A DNA stretch of 64,000 nt from assembly GCF_009914755.1 (NCBI RefSeq), contig NC_060933.1. The stretch is one strand, 5' to 3'. This document shows, one piece after another, positions 31,766-52,320 of this stretch (positions are counted from its first letter, which is position 1; each line of letters opens with the position of its first letter). The DNA is from the human T2T-CHM13v2.0 reference genome, Homo sapiens. A program made the translations under genes and the position numbers. The notes under the pieces were generated by a model. The model saw only the letters and a list, made by a program, of their open reading frames with translations. It searched no databases and was not told the DNA's origin.

Positions 31766-33286
31766 TCTGGGCAGGCCTATCTGTGGGGACGGAGGGGCTC
31801 GCACCGGCTCCCTGGGAGGCCTGCTGGGAGGGGGAGCCACAAGGGAAGCTGGGGAGATGTTGGACCTAGCAAGGGCCAAACCACAAGAGGCACGATGTCC
31901 AACAGGCTGTGGGGCTGCGTGATGTCCTGGAGGGGCCTCCGGAAGAGCCGCCCTCGGATCTCAGGCTCAGCTTGGGACGGGCAGGGCTCTGGGCAGGAGC
32001 ACTTGGGAAGCCACTGGGAGGGCGGGAGTGGGGACACGGCGTCAGAGCTGCAGCAGTGGGTCCACCACAGGGCTCCCGCCCCGGGGGTCTCAGTGGGATC
32101 CTCCGAGCGGCCCCACTTTAGCAGCCTGGGCTCAGTGGCAGCACTGGAGAGAGGGGCACTGGCACCTCCGTCATCACTCCTGGAGCAAGGCAGAGCTGGC
32201 CCTGTTCTCTGAGATCCTTGGCCCACCCTGGCCTTCTTATGGTTTGTCCAGAGCCAGGATCTGTCCAGACACTGGGGCTGCAGGGATGCGGGTATGTGGG
32301 GAGGCCGGCCACAGTGAGGGAGGATAGGCCACCATACCAGGGTGATAAACACGCCCCAGGAGCCACAAACCCACGTGGGACAGGCCTCCTGGGGGATGAG
32401 CCTGCAAAGCAACCGCCTCTCCCCAGGGCCGCTGGCTGTGCACCAAGCGACCACTGCCTGCCTGCCGCCCAGACTAGCATCCTCGCCTCTCCATCTCCTG
32501 CCTGGACGTGAGTCTTGGCAGAGGCCACAGGATGGCCCGGAAATGGGCCAAGATAGCAGGGCCGAGGTGAGCTGAGGCGGAGCCAGCCTGGTTGTCCACG
32601 GGCCACACGTGGAGGGCAGGGCAGACCCCATCCTACAAAGACGGGTGAGTGGTGAGGTATCTCCCTTTCCCCATGCTACTATGCAGATTCCAGAAGGGTT
32701 AGGAGGTCTGTGTAAAAATATAAGAAATAGGTAAAAGTCTTTACCTGATGGAAGAGGATTTGTGGTGCATGTAAGCAGTGGGGAGACTCACTGGGAAAGA
32801 CGGAGATCGGACTGCAGAGCGGCGAGTGTGGGTGCAGGGGTGATGCTGGCGGGAACAGGAGTCAGCACGTGAGAAGCTGGGAAGTGGTTCTTACCTATGT
32901 GGAGAAGCTGGGAAGTCGGTTCCTGCCCATGAGGAGGGCCTGGCACTGCAGCTGGGGTTGGTTCCTGCCCACGAGGAGGGCCTGGCGCTGCATCTGGGAT
33001 CGGTTCCTGCCTGGCGCTGTGGCTGTGGGTTTCCCGCATCCCTGCCCCAGCTGTTCGTCTGATCATCTGCCGGCCGGGTGACACTGCCTCCCTCCCTGCA
33101 TTCTGCCAGCCCAGGAGGAAGTGAGGCCTGTGGGCCCTGGTGGCTCCTGAATGAAACTGAAGGCCTGCGTTCATTTTGCTCCCACAGTAGTGACTGGATC
33201 TCTCCTTCTACCACGTGCAATCGTGCAAGTCCCTCTGCTGCAGGGACAATGGAGGTGGGACTTTCCTGGGGCAGCTCAGGATGGGG

Positions 33287-34700
33287 GATAAATGGGTGGT
33301 GGAGAGGCCGGAGGAGCAGAGCAGAAGTGGGGTCCCCGGCCATGCGGCCACCCCTGCTGACCGGAGAGCTGAGCCTGATCCTGGTGCTGCAAGCCCAGAG
33401 GCCAGGCTGGTTCCCACCGCCCCCACGAGGTGAGGGCCTTGGGCAGGGCAGGGCAGGGAGGGATGCACGTTTCCGAGGTTGGGCGCCTGGACAGACTTAG
33501 AGTCTCAATGCTGTTGGGAGCCCCAGGGGGACCTCGGCCAGAGCCCACCTCTCGTGTCTTTGCTGACTTCCGCCCGACAGAGAAGGGGGTACCACTGGCT
33601 GCCTGGGCAGCTTAGGGAGGTGGGTGGAGTATCTCTGGGATGAGGTCCTGCCCAACCCACCCTGCCCGAGACACCGAGACACCTTTCCTCACCTGCCGGG
33701 CTGTGGGTTTTGAAGAAGCTGATCTCCTTCAAGCTTCTCCCGTGTGTCAGAATTCCACTTGGAATTTTTCACTTTGCGATGAAGGGCTACATTAAAACCA
33801 CGTGTTTGCCAGTAATGTCAGACTTTCAAGAGCTCATGGTTTGCTTTTTGACGAAATGTAAACCCCTGGAAAGGGTCAGGCCCGGGCCCAGCATCGACAG
33901 TAAAAGGGCCCAGCTGAGGCTTCCCTTAGCTTTGTGTCCTCATCCCGGACACGAAAATGACCTGGCCCCAAATATGTGCCCAGGGTCGAGGCTGGTGGTC
34001 CAGGCACCTCCGGCTCCCTGTAGTGATACGTCCAGCTCCGGAACTACTCCATCCTGCCCCAGAGCACCTGCCCCTCCCCACCCACTGTGACCCCACGTCC
34101 TTCCCCGTCAGGGCTGGTCATGCTCTGGTCCACCTAGGCCTGAAGACAGAGCTCCCCTCTGCCCTTTCCTCACCAATCCCTGGTCGGCATCCTCCCCCTT
34201 CCCCCACACAAGGGCTCTGGGGCCTGCCAGTCCCAGGTGGCACCCACAGCCCTGAGGCCCTGGGCCCCCCTCCCCCGACCCTGGACACAGGAGATGAATG
34301 AAGTCAAGTGGTGTGGATCCTCGGGGGGGCCAGGAACGAGGTGGGAGCTGGCCCAGAGGCTGGGGCTGAGCTGTTTGTGTTCAGGACCTCCTGATTGTCT
34401 TGGGAAGGGGCAGTGCTGGTCACTTGCGGGCTGGTCACCCCCCAGCAGCCAGGACTGAGTCATCAGACGAGGCAGCACTCCGGCAAGGGCAGGTCGCCCA
34501 CCCTTGACGGGTCAGCGCCTAAGCTCTGTCCACTCCTGCCCGGCCATCCTCCTATGTCAACCCCCCAACATAAAGGCTTGACCTGGTCCTTCAGGCCTCA
34601 CAGGGCGGGCACCCCCGGCAGCCCCTGGCCAGGCTCCTCTTCTGCTGATGGACGCAGGGCCATCTTGGGACAGGTTCTCCTGCCTCCCCTGAAGCATCTC
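33287..34700 (+). pseudogene. Degenerate lipocalin gene remnant (exon 1 plus intron 1), paralog of the 56.8-kb remnant
   Basis: GATAAA at 33287; ATG at 33342 giving MRPPLLTGELSLILVLQAQRPGWFPPPPR then G|GTGAGG (88 nt, out of phase versus 90); nucleotide similarity to 56844-56933 and collinear intronic blocks. Confidence 0.65.
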
Positions 34701-34754
34701 TGGCCCCTCATGCTGACACTAAGGAGACCAAACCAGACACTGTCACCACACCCA

Positions 34755-34890
34755 CCCCACGCCTCTGCCTCCCACTCCGCCTCCCGGACCCGCCCCCATG
34801 CCTCTGCCTCCCACTCCGCCTCCCGGACCCGCCCCCACGCCTCTGCCTCCCACTCTGCCTCCTGGCCCCGCCCCCACGCCTCTGCCCACC
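34755..34890. repeat. 39-bp C-rich tandem repeat, ~3.5 copies
   Basis: GCCTCTGCC at 34761, 34800, 34839 and 34877. Confidence 0.85.
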
Positions 34891-35344
34891 CCCCAGCAGC
34901 CTCCTGACCCCGCCCCCCTTTTCCTGGCCCACCCCCGAGCCCCTCAGCCCTGTTCCTGGATGGTTCCCGCCCACCCACCAGCTTTTAGGAAACTCGCACA
35001 TAAAGTGTTGGGCAGGAAACATGCCAATCCCTGCGGAGACGTGGACCCGCCCACTGCCTCCCTTCACGTTTGTCACAAACCATCTCAAAAAGGTGGCATT
35101 CCGGATGCTCCTCAGCTTGTGCCCCCAGCCCAGCTCCCTTCCCAGCTCCCTCTGCGTCTTTTCCACCCCAACCCTCTCTCCCATCTGGTCTCTGAGCTCA
35201 GCCTCACTCACTCGGTGCTGAAAATGACCTCTTCCAATGTTATTTCAGCAACATGGCAGCTTCCGGGCCTCTCCCAGACAACCTCACTCCCGAGGGTCCT
35301 GGTCCCAACAGGGATATCCAGGTGAGTCCAAGCGTACAAGCTGC

Positions 35345-35540
35345 TCCCATCGGCTGAGCTCTGTGCTAGGCACTGTGACACCAGCTTTTCATGCCTATAT
35401 CGCCTACTCCTGGAAGAACCCAGTGGCGTGGGCACTGTCCTCATTTCTATGCAGAAACAGAGCCTTGGGATTAAGGATTTTGCTCGCGGTTGCACAGTCA
35501 CGAAGTGGACCAGGCCGGGGCAAGGGCAGATCCAGGCAGG
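35345..35540. mobile_element. MIR remnant
   Basis: TGTGCTAGGCACTGTG...CCTCATTTCTATGCAGAAACAGAG...GATTAAGGATTTTGCTCGCGGTTGCACAG matches the MIR core. Confidence 0.6.
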
Positions 35541-35959
35541 AGGAGCTTCAGCAGTGGAAGAATTTGCAGACCTGGGACACCACCTTGCCAGGGTGCTCCG
35601 GGGGAACAGGGGACCTCAAGCTTAAGCTCACAGCTGCGTGGGAAATCTGGCAAAGGAAGGGCACCAGGCCAGCCTGAGAGAGGAGAGAGGGGCCGTCGGA
35701 GAAAAAGAGAGCCCTTTCTCTCTTCGCTGCTGGGACTCTGTGTAGGTCAGACCCTTTGAGGTTGTCTCATGGGTCCCTGACCCCCGTCCCTTTTGGCCCT
35801 TTTCTTGTGGCTTCCTTGTGGATGGGTCTGCTACTGGGCCCCAAGCCCACCCCGCTTCCCTTGCTCCATCTGCTGTGAACCCAGGGTGTACTCATCACGT
35901 CAAATTCCATATTTTCCATCTCTAGGATTTCCATCTGGTTCTTTATTCCCCTTTAATTT

Positions 35960-37100
<1,141 letters not shown>

Positions 37101-37106
37101 CTTGAC

Positions 37107-37530
37107 GTGGCAGCTGGCCTCCAGGATGGCTTCCGTTGTGTGATGCCTTCCATTGAGTGTGGGCTGGACCTGGTGACCCACTTCTAATAGATATGACAAG
37201 GAGGAAGGGATGGCGCATGAGTCAGACACAGAGTGTGACATCAGCCCCACTGGTCCTCATACTGGTTATGGTGGGGAACCATGTCACAAGCAGCCCCAGG
37301 AAGAGGCTCATGTGGCAGGAGCCTGAAGTTCCCACCAGCCATTGTGGCCCACCAGTTCCAAGACATTCTCCAGAGCCCAAAGTCCCAGCCCAGAACATGA
37401 CCACAGCCTCATTGCAAACCCTGAGCCAGAACCACCCAGCTGGGCCACTCCCCACCTCCTGACCCTCAGAAATCATTGTTTGAAGCTGCTCTGTTTGGAG
37501 ACAATTTCTTATGCAGCAAGAAATAACACA
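37107..37530 (+). mobile_element. MLT1-type MaLR LTR
   Basis: GTGGCAGCTGGCCTCCAGGATGGC start, CCTGAGCCAGAACCACCCAGC, 3' end TTATGCAGCAAGAAATAAC. Confidence 0.65.
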
Positions 37531-38314
37531 CTCCATTTTGTTTTTCGTTAAATAATGTTAGACTCCGTGTGGCTACAGTTAAATTATTTTTAACGTGTTG
37601 GATCTTCCCAATACTTGCTTTTAATTGTATTCGAATGGGTTCAGAACAGCCCTTGCTAACCCCGCTACCAATTCAGTCTCTTTTTGAGAATTCTGCCCGC
37701 TGCCTCGTGTATTCTGAAGGCTTTCTTCTCGGCTGTGTGAGTTCTAAGAGTCACTCCGTTGACCATTTCCGAGGTTTCCTTCCTGCCCCTCTGTGTGTCT
37801 CCCGAGCGCTCCGTGTAGCCCTTTCTCTCCGAAGCTTTGCCCAGCAAATTCGAGTCCCTCCGCCTCCCCACACTCTAACACTCTTCTCCTCAGCGTGTGT
37901 GGGGTGGCGCCCTGGGATCTGTTTGGGTTCGTTTGCCCTGAGCCAGGCCTTGCTGGGGTCACAGAGCTCAGCACTCGTGTTGTGTCTTTCAGGGATCATG
38001 ATCGTTCGCGGCCTGTTGTCAAATATCCAGAAAGCACTGCTTCCGAAATCTCCTGGATTTCTAGTTGTTTAAGGTGAGCAAATACGATACCTGCTATTGT
38101 ATGTTAGCCAGGAGGGGAAGTTTGAGTTGTGTTGTTATTTTTTAGCTTTTGTTTTGAAATAACTATAGATTCATGGGAAGCTGCAAAAATAGTACAGAGG
38201 GGTCCTGCTGTGCATAGCTACAGTCAGACCTCACATAACTACTGTGTGAAGATTTACATAACCATACATCGTGCAGAACCAGGTCTTATTCGTATTTCAC
38301 CAGTTTTCTATTCA

Positions 38315-38351
<37 letters not shown>

Positions 38352-38519
38352 TTCTATGCAATTTTTTACATGTGTAGATGTGTGTAACCACTGCGGCAAT
38401 CAACATATAGAATGGTACATCCCCACAGAGATCTCTTGTTCTACCCCTTTACAGACACACCCATTCCCCAGGCCCAGCCCTTGGCTACCACGAATAAGCT
38501 TTCCATTTCTTTTTTCTTT

Positions 38520-38817
38520 TTCTTTCTTTTTTTTTGAGACTGAGTCTGGCTCTGTCTCCCGGGCTGGAATGCAGTGGCGTGATCTTGACTCACTGCAAGC
38601 TCCGCCTTCCGGGGTTCACGCCATTCTCCTGCCTCAGCCTCCCGAGTAGCTGGGACTACAGGCGCCTGCCACCACGCCCGGCTAATTTTTTCTACTTTTT
38701 AGTAGAGACGGGGTTTCACCGTGTTAGCCAGGATGGTCTCAATCTCCTGACCTCGTGATCCGCCCGCCTCGGCCTCCGAAAGTGCTGGGATTACAGGCGT
38801 GAGCCACCGCGCCCGGC
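38520..38817 (-). mobile_element. AluY
   Basis: CpG-rich antisense Alu with GCAAGCTCCGCC, TTCACGCCATTCTCC and CCGTGTTAGCCAGGATGG. Confidence 0.9.
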
Positions 38818-39155
38818 CTCAGCTTTCAATTTCTATAATGTCATTTCGAGAATATTGTATAAACAAAGTCATAGAGTATGCGACCTTTTGGGGTTGGCCT
38901 TTTTCACTCAGCGTAGTTCCCTTGAACGCCCTCCTGCTGCTGTGGGTATCAGCAGTTCACCTCGTTTTATGGCTGAGTCTCCCATAAGGCAGATGTACTC
39001 GTCTGTCTAACCATTCATTCACGGATGGAGTTTTCCAGTTATTAGCTATTACAGGCAAAGCTGCTGTGGACAATTGTGTACCGGGTTTTCTGTGTCCATT
39101 TATCCCATTTCTCGGGATAAATGCCCAGGAGTAAAACTGCCAGGCTGTATAGTAA

Positions 39156-39356
<201 letters not shown>

Positions 39357-39772
39357 TAGTAGAGATGGGGTTTTACCATGTTGGCCAGACTGGTCTCGAA
39401 CTCCTGACCTCAGGTGATCCATCCCCCTCTGGCCTCCCAAAGTTGGGATTACAGGCGTGAGCCACCACTCCTGGACCAGCATATGCTTAGTTTTAAAAGA
39501 AACTTCCAGCTGGGCGTGGTGGCTCACACCTGTAATCTCAGCACTTTAGGAGGCCAAGGTGGGAGGATCTCTTGAGCCCAGGAGTTCAAGACCAGTCTGG
39601 CCAACATAGTGAGACCCAGTCTCTATTATTTAAGCTTAAAATTTTTTAAATAAAAAACAAAAGCAACTTCCAATTTCCAGCATGGCTGAACCATTTTAGA
39701 GCCACTCAAAGTATGCATTTCTCAACATTTTGAGAGATTCAGTTTGTCTCCATCCCCACTAATATTTGGTTT

Positions 39773-39900
39773 GGTCCCTACTTTTCATTGTAGCTGTCCT
39801 AATAGGTCCCTACTTTTCATTGTAGCTGTCCTAATAGGTCCCTACTTTTCATTGTAGCTGTCCTAATAGGTCCCTACTTTTCATTGTAGCTGTCCTAATA
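39773..39900. repeat. Four perfect copies of a 32-bp unit
   Basis: GGTCCCTACTTTTCATTGTAGCTGTCCTAATA at 39773, 39805, 39837 and 39869. Confidence 0.95.
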
Positions 39901-40790
39901 GCTGGGCTGTGATAGCTCACTGTGGCCTTAATTGGTGCTCCTTGATAGTCAATGACATTGAGCATCTTTTTAGGTGCTTATTTGCCACCCATAGATCTTC
40001 TCTGGGGAGATGTTCCTTCATGGTTTTTGCCCATTTTCTAGGTGGATTTTATTTTTGCTGTTGAATTTTCAAAGTTCTCTATATCTTCCAGACACCAGTC
40101 CTTTGTTGGATATGAAACTTTCAAATGTTTTCTCCAAGTTTGTAGCTTGCCTCTTCATCCTCTTTTTTTTTTTCTCTCTCTCTCTCTCTTTGTTTTTTGA
40201 GACGGAGTCTCACTCTGTCACCCAGGCTGGAGTGCAGTGGCGTGATCTTGGCTCACTACAACCTCTGCCTCCTGGGTTCAAGTGACTCTCCTGCCTCAGC
40301 CTCCTGAGTAGCTGGGATTACAGGCATGTGCCACCAGGCCTGGCTAATTTTGTATTTTTAGTAGAGATGGTGTTTCACCATGTTGGCCATAGGTGGTCTC
40401 GAACTCCTGACCTCAGGTGATCCGCCCACCTCGGACTCCCAGAGTGCTGGGATTACAGGTGTGACCCATCACGCCCGGCCCCGTTCATCCTCTTAACAAG
40501 GTCTTTCTGGAGCAAGAGTTTCAGATTTTGATGCAGTATGATTTACCAGTTTTTTTCTTTTGTGGATCTTGCATTTGGTGTCAAGTCTAAGAATTCTTTA
40601 CCTAGCCCTACGTCCTGAAGATTTTCTCTCACGCTTTCTTCTAAAAGTTGTATAGTTTTATGTTTTACTTTTAAACTATGAGTTAATGCATATGTCAGGT
40701 GTGAGTTTTAGATGGAGGTTCTTCGTTTGCATGGGATCGATTGCACGTGATGAATTGCTCCAGCACCATTTGTTGCAAAGACTGTCCTTC

Positions 40791-41747
<957 letters not shown>

Positions 41748-42005
41748 CTTCCCCCACGCACTGTTCTTGCAGCTTTGTTAAAGGTCTGTTGTTGTTGTGT
41801 GTGAGTCCATGTTTGGACTCTCTATTTCCCATTGATCTATGTGTCCATTTCTCTGCCAATACCACAATCTCTTGGTGACTATTGATAATAGTGCTTGTAA
41901 ACTTGGGTAGACTAACTCTTTATACTTTATTCTTCTTCAAAATGGCTTTAGCAATTGTAGCTCCTTTGCCTTGACATGTAAATTTTAGAAAAAAAAATTT
42001 CTCTA

Positions 42006-42374
<369 letters not shown>

Positions 42375-43468
42375 CTACAAAATATCTTGCTGAGAATTTG
42401 ATAGGAATTGCATTAAATCTCTAGGTTGAGTTGAGGAGAGCTAACACCTTTGCTGTGTTGAAGCTTCCAGCCCATGAACACATTGTGCCTGTCCTTTACC
42501 TTAGGTCTTTGATTTCCCTTCCTTGGGTTCAGAGTTTAAGTCCTGTCCATATTTGGTGAGATTTTTGCCTACATGCTGTGTGTGTGATTACAAATCCTGA
42601 ATTTCCAGTTTCGGGTTCTGTCTACTCCTTGACACTGTGTGGGAACACGGTGGATTTTTGTGCGATTGACCTTGCTGACCTCACTCGGTTCTAGGAGGGG
42701 TTTTGTAGAGTTCTTGCAATTTTGTACCTGGGCAATGATGTTATATGCGAATAGAGACAGGTATACCTCCCCCTTCCCAATCTGCCTGCCTTTAGTTACC
42801 ATTTCTTGCCTAGCTGCTCTGGCCGGAATGACCTGCTCTGATGGATGGGGGAGTGGGAGTGGACACCCGTGTCTTGCCTCAGGACTCAAGTGCTCTCCAG
42901 GGAGTGAGATGCGGGCTCGATTGTAAGTTATAAAGTGATGCTTCCCTGTGGGAAAAAGTACATCCAATATAGACTGTAGGACAAAGTCTGAAAGTCCACT
43001 GCCTCCCATTTCCACCCAGTCTTGCCTGTGAGTCAGAGAGAAACAGTGCTAACAGGCAGTGTGCACCTGTCCAGAGGCTGGCTGTTTGAGGGACACAGGT
43101 GTGCACACCTGGGGATGTCTGAGTGGAAGGTACAGGTCAGGATTATGACCGTGCAGTCAGTCACCCACTGGCATGATGTCTGTGGCATCCTGGGGCAGCC
43201 ATGGGGCTCTCAGGCCCTCTGCCTGCCCCACAGGCCATACCCCTGCCCTGGACACAGCTGTCCTCAGTGCTGGCCTCTGACCCAACATTGTCCAGGAGCC
43301 CCAACCCAGAAGGTGCTCCCGCCGCTGCCAGCCTGGACCCGACCCAGGCCCCTCCCGCCTGAGGCCCTGCCAAGAACTGCCCAGCCCGGACACAGAGGAG
43401 GTTCCCGCGTGGACGCAGGGAAGAGCCTCCCATTGCCCCAGTGGAGGAAGCTGCCCAGGGGCCAAGGA

Positions 43469-43540
43469 TGAGTCACAGGTTCGAGGAATCACATGGCGAG
43501 GCTGTGGGCGGGGATCTTGTCTGCCCTCCTCCTACATAAG
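43469..43540 (+). promoter_or_regulatory. PAEP: PAEP proximal promoter: AP-1 TGAGTCA (43469), GAS TTCGAGGAA (43480), GC box (43506), TATA-like TACATAA (43533)
   Basis: Motifs read directly upstream of the ATG at 43610. Confidence 0.65.
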
Positions 43541-43609
43541 GCCCCCTGAGCCCACACTGCCTCAGCATCCCTCTGGCTCCAGAGCTCAGAGCCACCCACA
43601 GCCGCAGCC

Positions 43610-47641
<4,032 letters not shown>

Positions 47642-47809
47642 GTGAGCTCCTGCCTGGTCCTGCCTCCTGGGTAATGTATCAGCCTCGCCCACTGTCTGCG
47701 GCTGCCTCTCTGGGCCCCTGGGACAGACCCTACTGTGTCCAGTTCAGGGCTGACCCTACAGGAATGAACTGGGGTCTGGTCTTGTGATTCCAGAAAGCCA
47801 GGCTGCTGA

Positions 47810-48244
<435 letters not shown>

Positions 48245-48392
48245 TGATCCCCCCGCTTTAGCCTCCCAAAGTGCTGGGATTTCAGTGCCACATTCTTAAG
48301 GGGGTGTCCTCAAGCCCACCACATCCTTCCAGGGCTCCCCCGAAACACCCTGCTCTTCCTCCCTCTACTTAAGTGACCTGTAAACCCAACAG

Positions 48393-48620
48393 CTCACCTC
48401 CGCCTCCAGGAAGACCAGACTCCCACCCTTCCACACCTCCAGAGCAGTGGGACTTCCTCCTGCCCTTTCAAAGAATAACCACAGCTCAGAAGACGATGAC
48501 GTGGTCATCTGTGTCGCCATCCCCTTCCTGCTGCACACCTGCACCACGGCCATGGGGAGGCTGCTCCCTGGGGGCAGAGTCTCTGGCAGAGGTTATTAAT
48601 AAACCCTTGGAGCATGTCCT
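48393..48620 (+). terminator. PAEP: PAEP non-coding last exon with AATAAA (48598-48603)
   Basis: Donors at 47642 (TAG|GTGAGC) or 47671 (GTAATG), acceptor CAACAG ending at 48392, ATTAATAAA. Confidence 0.75.
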
Positions 48621-49577
48621 GTCTGGATGCGCAGCCACTGCTGGGTGTGGGATTCAGGGACGAGGGCCTGGGGTCGGGGCAGGCCCAGGCCACCGCCTGG
48701 CAGAACCGGAGCTCCTACAGACCCATGGGCAGCTTCTGGTGGAGAAAATACCTCAAGTTTCTTATCTACAAAATAAAAGGGTCCACTTTCACAAACTTGT
48801 GAAATGTCTAGAACAATAAAACCAGGACACTCATATCAGAATTGATGAGCCCAGAGGAAAACTCATAGTCTTTAATACTGAAATGGGTTAGCAAGAAATA
48901 ATTAAAATCAATGAATCTGTAATGAGCTCTTGTTAGAAAAAAAAAGCGTTAGAATGAGGAAAGTAAGAAAATAGAATGAAGGAAGATAAAAGCAAAAATG
49001 ACAAAATCAGAGAAACATATCAAATTCATGCACCTGTGCCCCCAGGTGGGGAGGGGTGGGCATGGTAGGATTTAGCTCACCTGTCAGAAACACCCAGGAA
49101 AAAAAATTCCAGCAAGTATCAATCACCACAGATTAAGAGAAAATAGATTAAAAGAGTCATAAGGGATTATGCTATTTGACTCCAGAATATATTTTTTACA
49201 ATCCAAAAGAGATGATTTCAAGGCAAATATAAGCATCCAAAACAGATCAGAGAAGACTGGAGACAGAGTAGGTAAGGACCCTTCCCAAGGCAGACAGACA
49301 GACACAGTCAGAGGTCTGTGTCCCAGCCCAGCCCCCAGCATCGAGAGCAGCCGGGCAAGCGGCCAGGGATCTCCTGCTCCTTTCGGGAACAGGTGAAACG
49401 AGGCAATGTGAAGAGTCGCAGGCATGGGGAGGGGGCAAAGCTTCCACACTCGTTTCTAATGCTGGGAAAATATCTCCATCAAAACTCCACAAAACCAGGC
49501 CCTACCAGGAGTAACTAGGACTTGTGAGGCAGTAAGGAACGTCCGCACTGTCTATATAACAAACAGGCCATTTTAAC

Positions 49578-49958
<381 letters not shown>

Positions 49959-52320
49959 TCATTGCCCAGCTGGTGGGTGGCACATGGACTGGCAGGGAGT
50001 CTAATACCCACACATGCAACCATTGCACCTGCTGGCTCCATCACCACACCACCCTGTGTGTCGAAGCAAACACCCCGAACAGTACCGGTGCCCCTGGAAC
50101 CCAGTCACACGGTGAGAGAATCACAGAGGCGTCTACCTGAGCTTCACCCCCGGAAGACATCTCTGGACATAATTGTGTAATTAAAGGATCAAGAATACCA
50201 TGATTTCTCTGCAGATGCTGGAGTCTGTTAAAAACATTAAAACCCTTTCCCTTTAAGTTCTCTACAAATGGACACAGAGTAAATCTCTAGCACGTGTCAT
50301 TAAGTGAGACAAATGAGGCAAAGAGGCAGGTACATGGTCTTTGCTGACTTTCATACAAGAAAGAATGGAATTAAGACTGTCCACACCTATTTGGAAAAAG
50401 ACACAGGAGGAATGAATGGAAATTAATGAGTATGGTCATCTCTGAGGATAAAAATGCATGCAGAGGGTAGGAATCGAAGCCAGCCTTTTATAAGTGTAAC
50501 TTTCATGCAGTTTTAACTTTTGAACCAGTTAACATTTTATGTATTTAAAATATAAAATTAAAACAAAAAGTAAAAGGCGACAAGCCATAAAATGAAAACA
50601 GAAACAAATGAAACTAAACCCTAAAATCGACAATTTCAGAGGAAAGAAACTGCTTCAGGTAATTGTTTTTTCTAGTGAAGTGTTTTCCTTGGCTGGCTGC
50701 GAAGCAATCCTGTGTGAGGCTTGATCACTTCCAGTATTAGTGGCTGTAAACAGGGATGGAACACACATCCTCATTTCAAAATCTGTGGCTGGACCTCATG
50801 CACGCTGTGTTGTTAAGAGGATGTTAATTGTGCTACATGACAACTACCTAGCTGCCTGCTGCCAGGGCCTGCAGAGAGACCCTGGCATCTCGTTTTCTCT
50901 GATGGTACCCCAGTTTATTCACACTTTGGTCTCTTTTGGAGTATATTCTAGAGCAAAAGGCATTGCCAAGAAATCCTTACTTCAACCCAGTAGTCACATC
51001 CATGTTAGTAATGATATTAGTGTTCTATCAGTCAGAGCCCAGTATGAAACAGAGAGCACACAGGAAGTAGATAGTTGAGGGAGGACTCACATACGGAGGT
51101 GTATCCTTAGGGAGACAGGAAAGGATAATGCCGTAACTTGGGGCTTAGGAGTAGCCAAGCCCTTGCCATTTATAGTCACTAGAGGATAAGGGGGATACAG
51201 GGTTTTCATGGTGACTGGAATAAACAAAACAAAAAGACAGGAGGAACAAAATAGTGTCTAGAAGACATCATAGTCATTGTAGAAATTTAATGGTTGATAA
51301 GGGAATTATTTCAATTCAGTAGCAAAGAATGTCTTATGTAGGAAATAGTATGTAACTAGTTGGTATCAGTGTAACGCTTGCCTCATAAGATGAGTTAGGG
51401 AATGTCCATCTGTTTGCAATTTATGGGAGAGTTTTTGAAAGGTATTGTTCCTTTCTCAAATGGTAGGATTTACCAGTGAAGCCAACTGGGGTTTGAGATC
51501 TTGTTGTGGGGAGGGTGGTACAAGGGGAGGGTGGTTAGGAAAATTTGTGTCTACAAATTCCATTTCGTAAGGTCAATTCTGGTGATCCATTGCTTCTTTA
51601 ATAAGCTTGACCCTTTGTATATTTCCAGGAATTTATCCATTTTGTCCAAGTTTTCAAAATTATTTTCATCAAGTTATTCAAAGTATTTTCTTTTTATCCT
51701 TGTAATGTCCATAGGGTCTGTAATGGTGTCCCCTTTCCTTATTCCTGAGAGTAATCATTGGTGTCAGCTGTCTGATTTTCCTGATTAGTCTGGCTTGAGA
51801 TTTATCCATTTCATTAATCTTTTTGAAGATCAAACCAGCTTTCAGTTTCATTGATTTCTCTATTGTTTTTCTGTTTTCTATTTCACTGATTTCAGCTATT
51901 ATATTGAGTGTTTATTTCCTCCTGCCTGCTTTGTTTTAGACAATTCTTTTTCTAGTTACTCAGATGCTAGCTCAGATTGCTGAATGGAGGATGTTTATGT
52001 CATTGAATATAAACATTTAATGCTATAAATTTTCTCCAAAGTACTGCTTTAGTTCATCCCACATATTTTAATATATTTTCTTTTATAACATTTTTAAAAA
52101 TTTATTTATTTTCTTAGAGATGGGGTCTTGCCATGTTGCCCAGTTGGTCTCAAACCCCTGGGCTAAGATAATCCTCCCACCTCAGCCTCCCAAAGAGCTG
52201 GGATTCCAGGCAGGAGCCACCACACCTAGCCATATTTTGTTTTCATTTTTTCTCAACTCAAAATATTTTCTGATTTTCCTTGTGAAATTCATCCTTTGGC
52301 TACTTAAATGTGGTTTGTTT

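Noticed and set aside
27341-32631. Long GC-rich antisense ORFs (e.g. 27341-28117, 31777-32631)
   Set aside because: No recognisable domains; expected by chance in GC-rich DNA.
35525-35600. GR...AVEEFADL resembling lipocalin exon 5 (ALEEF)
   Set aside because: It overlaps the end of a MIR remnant, lacks a polypyrimidine acceptor and donor, and needs a frameshift.
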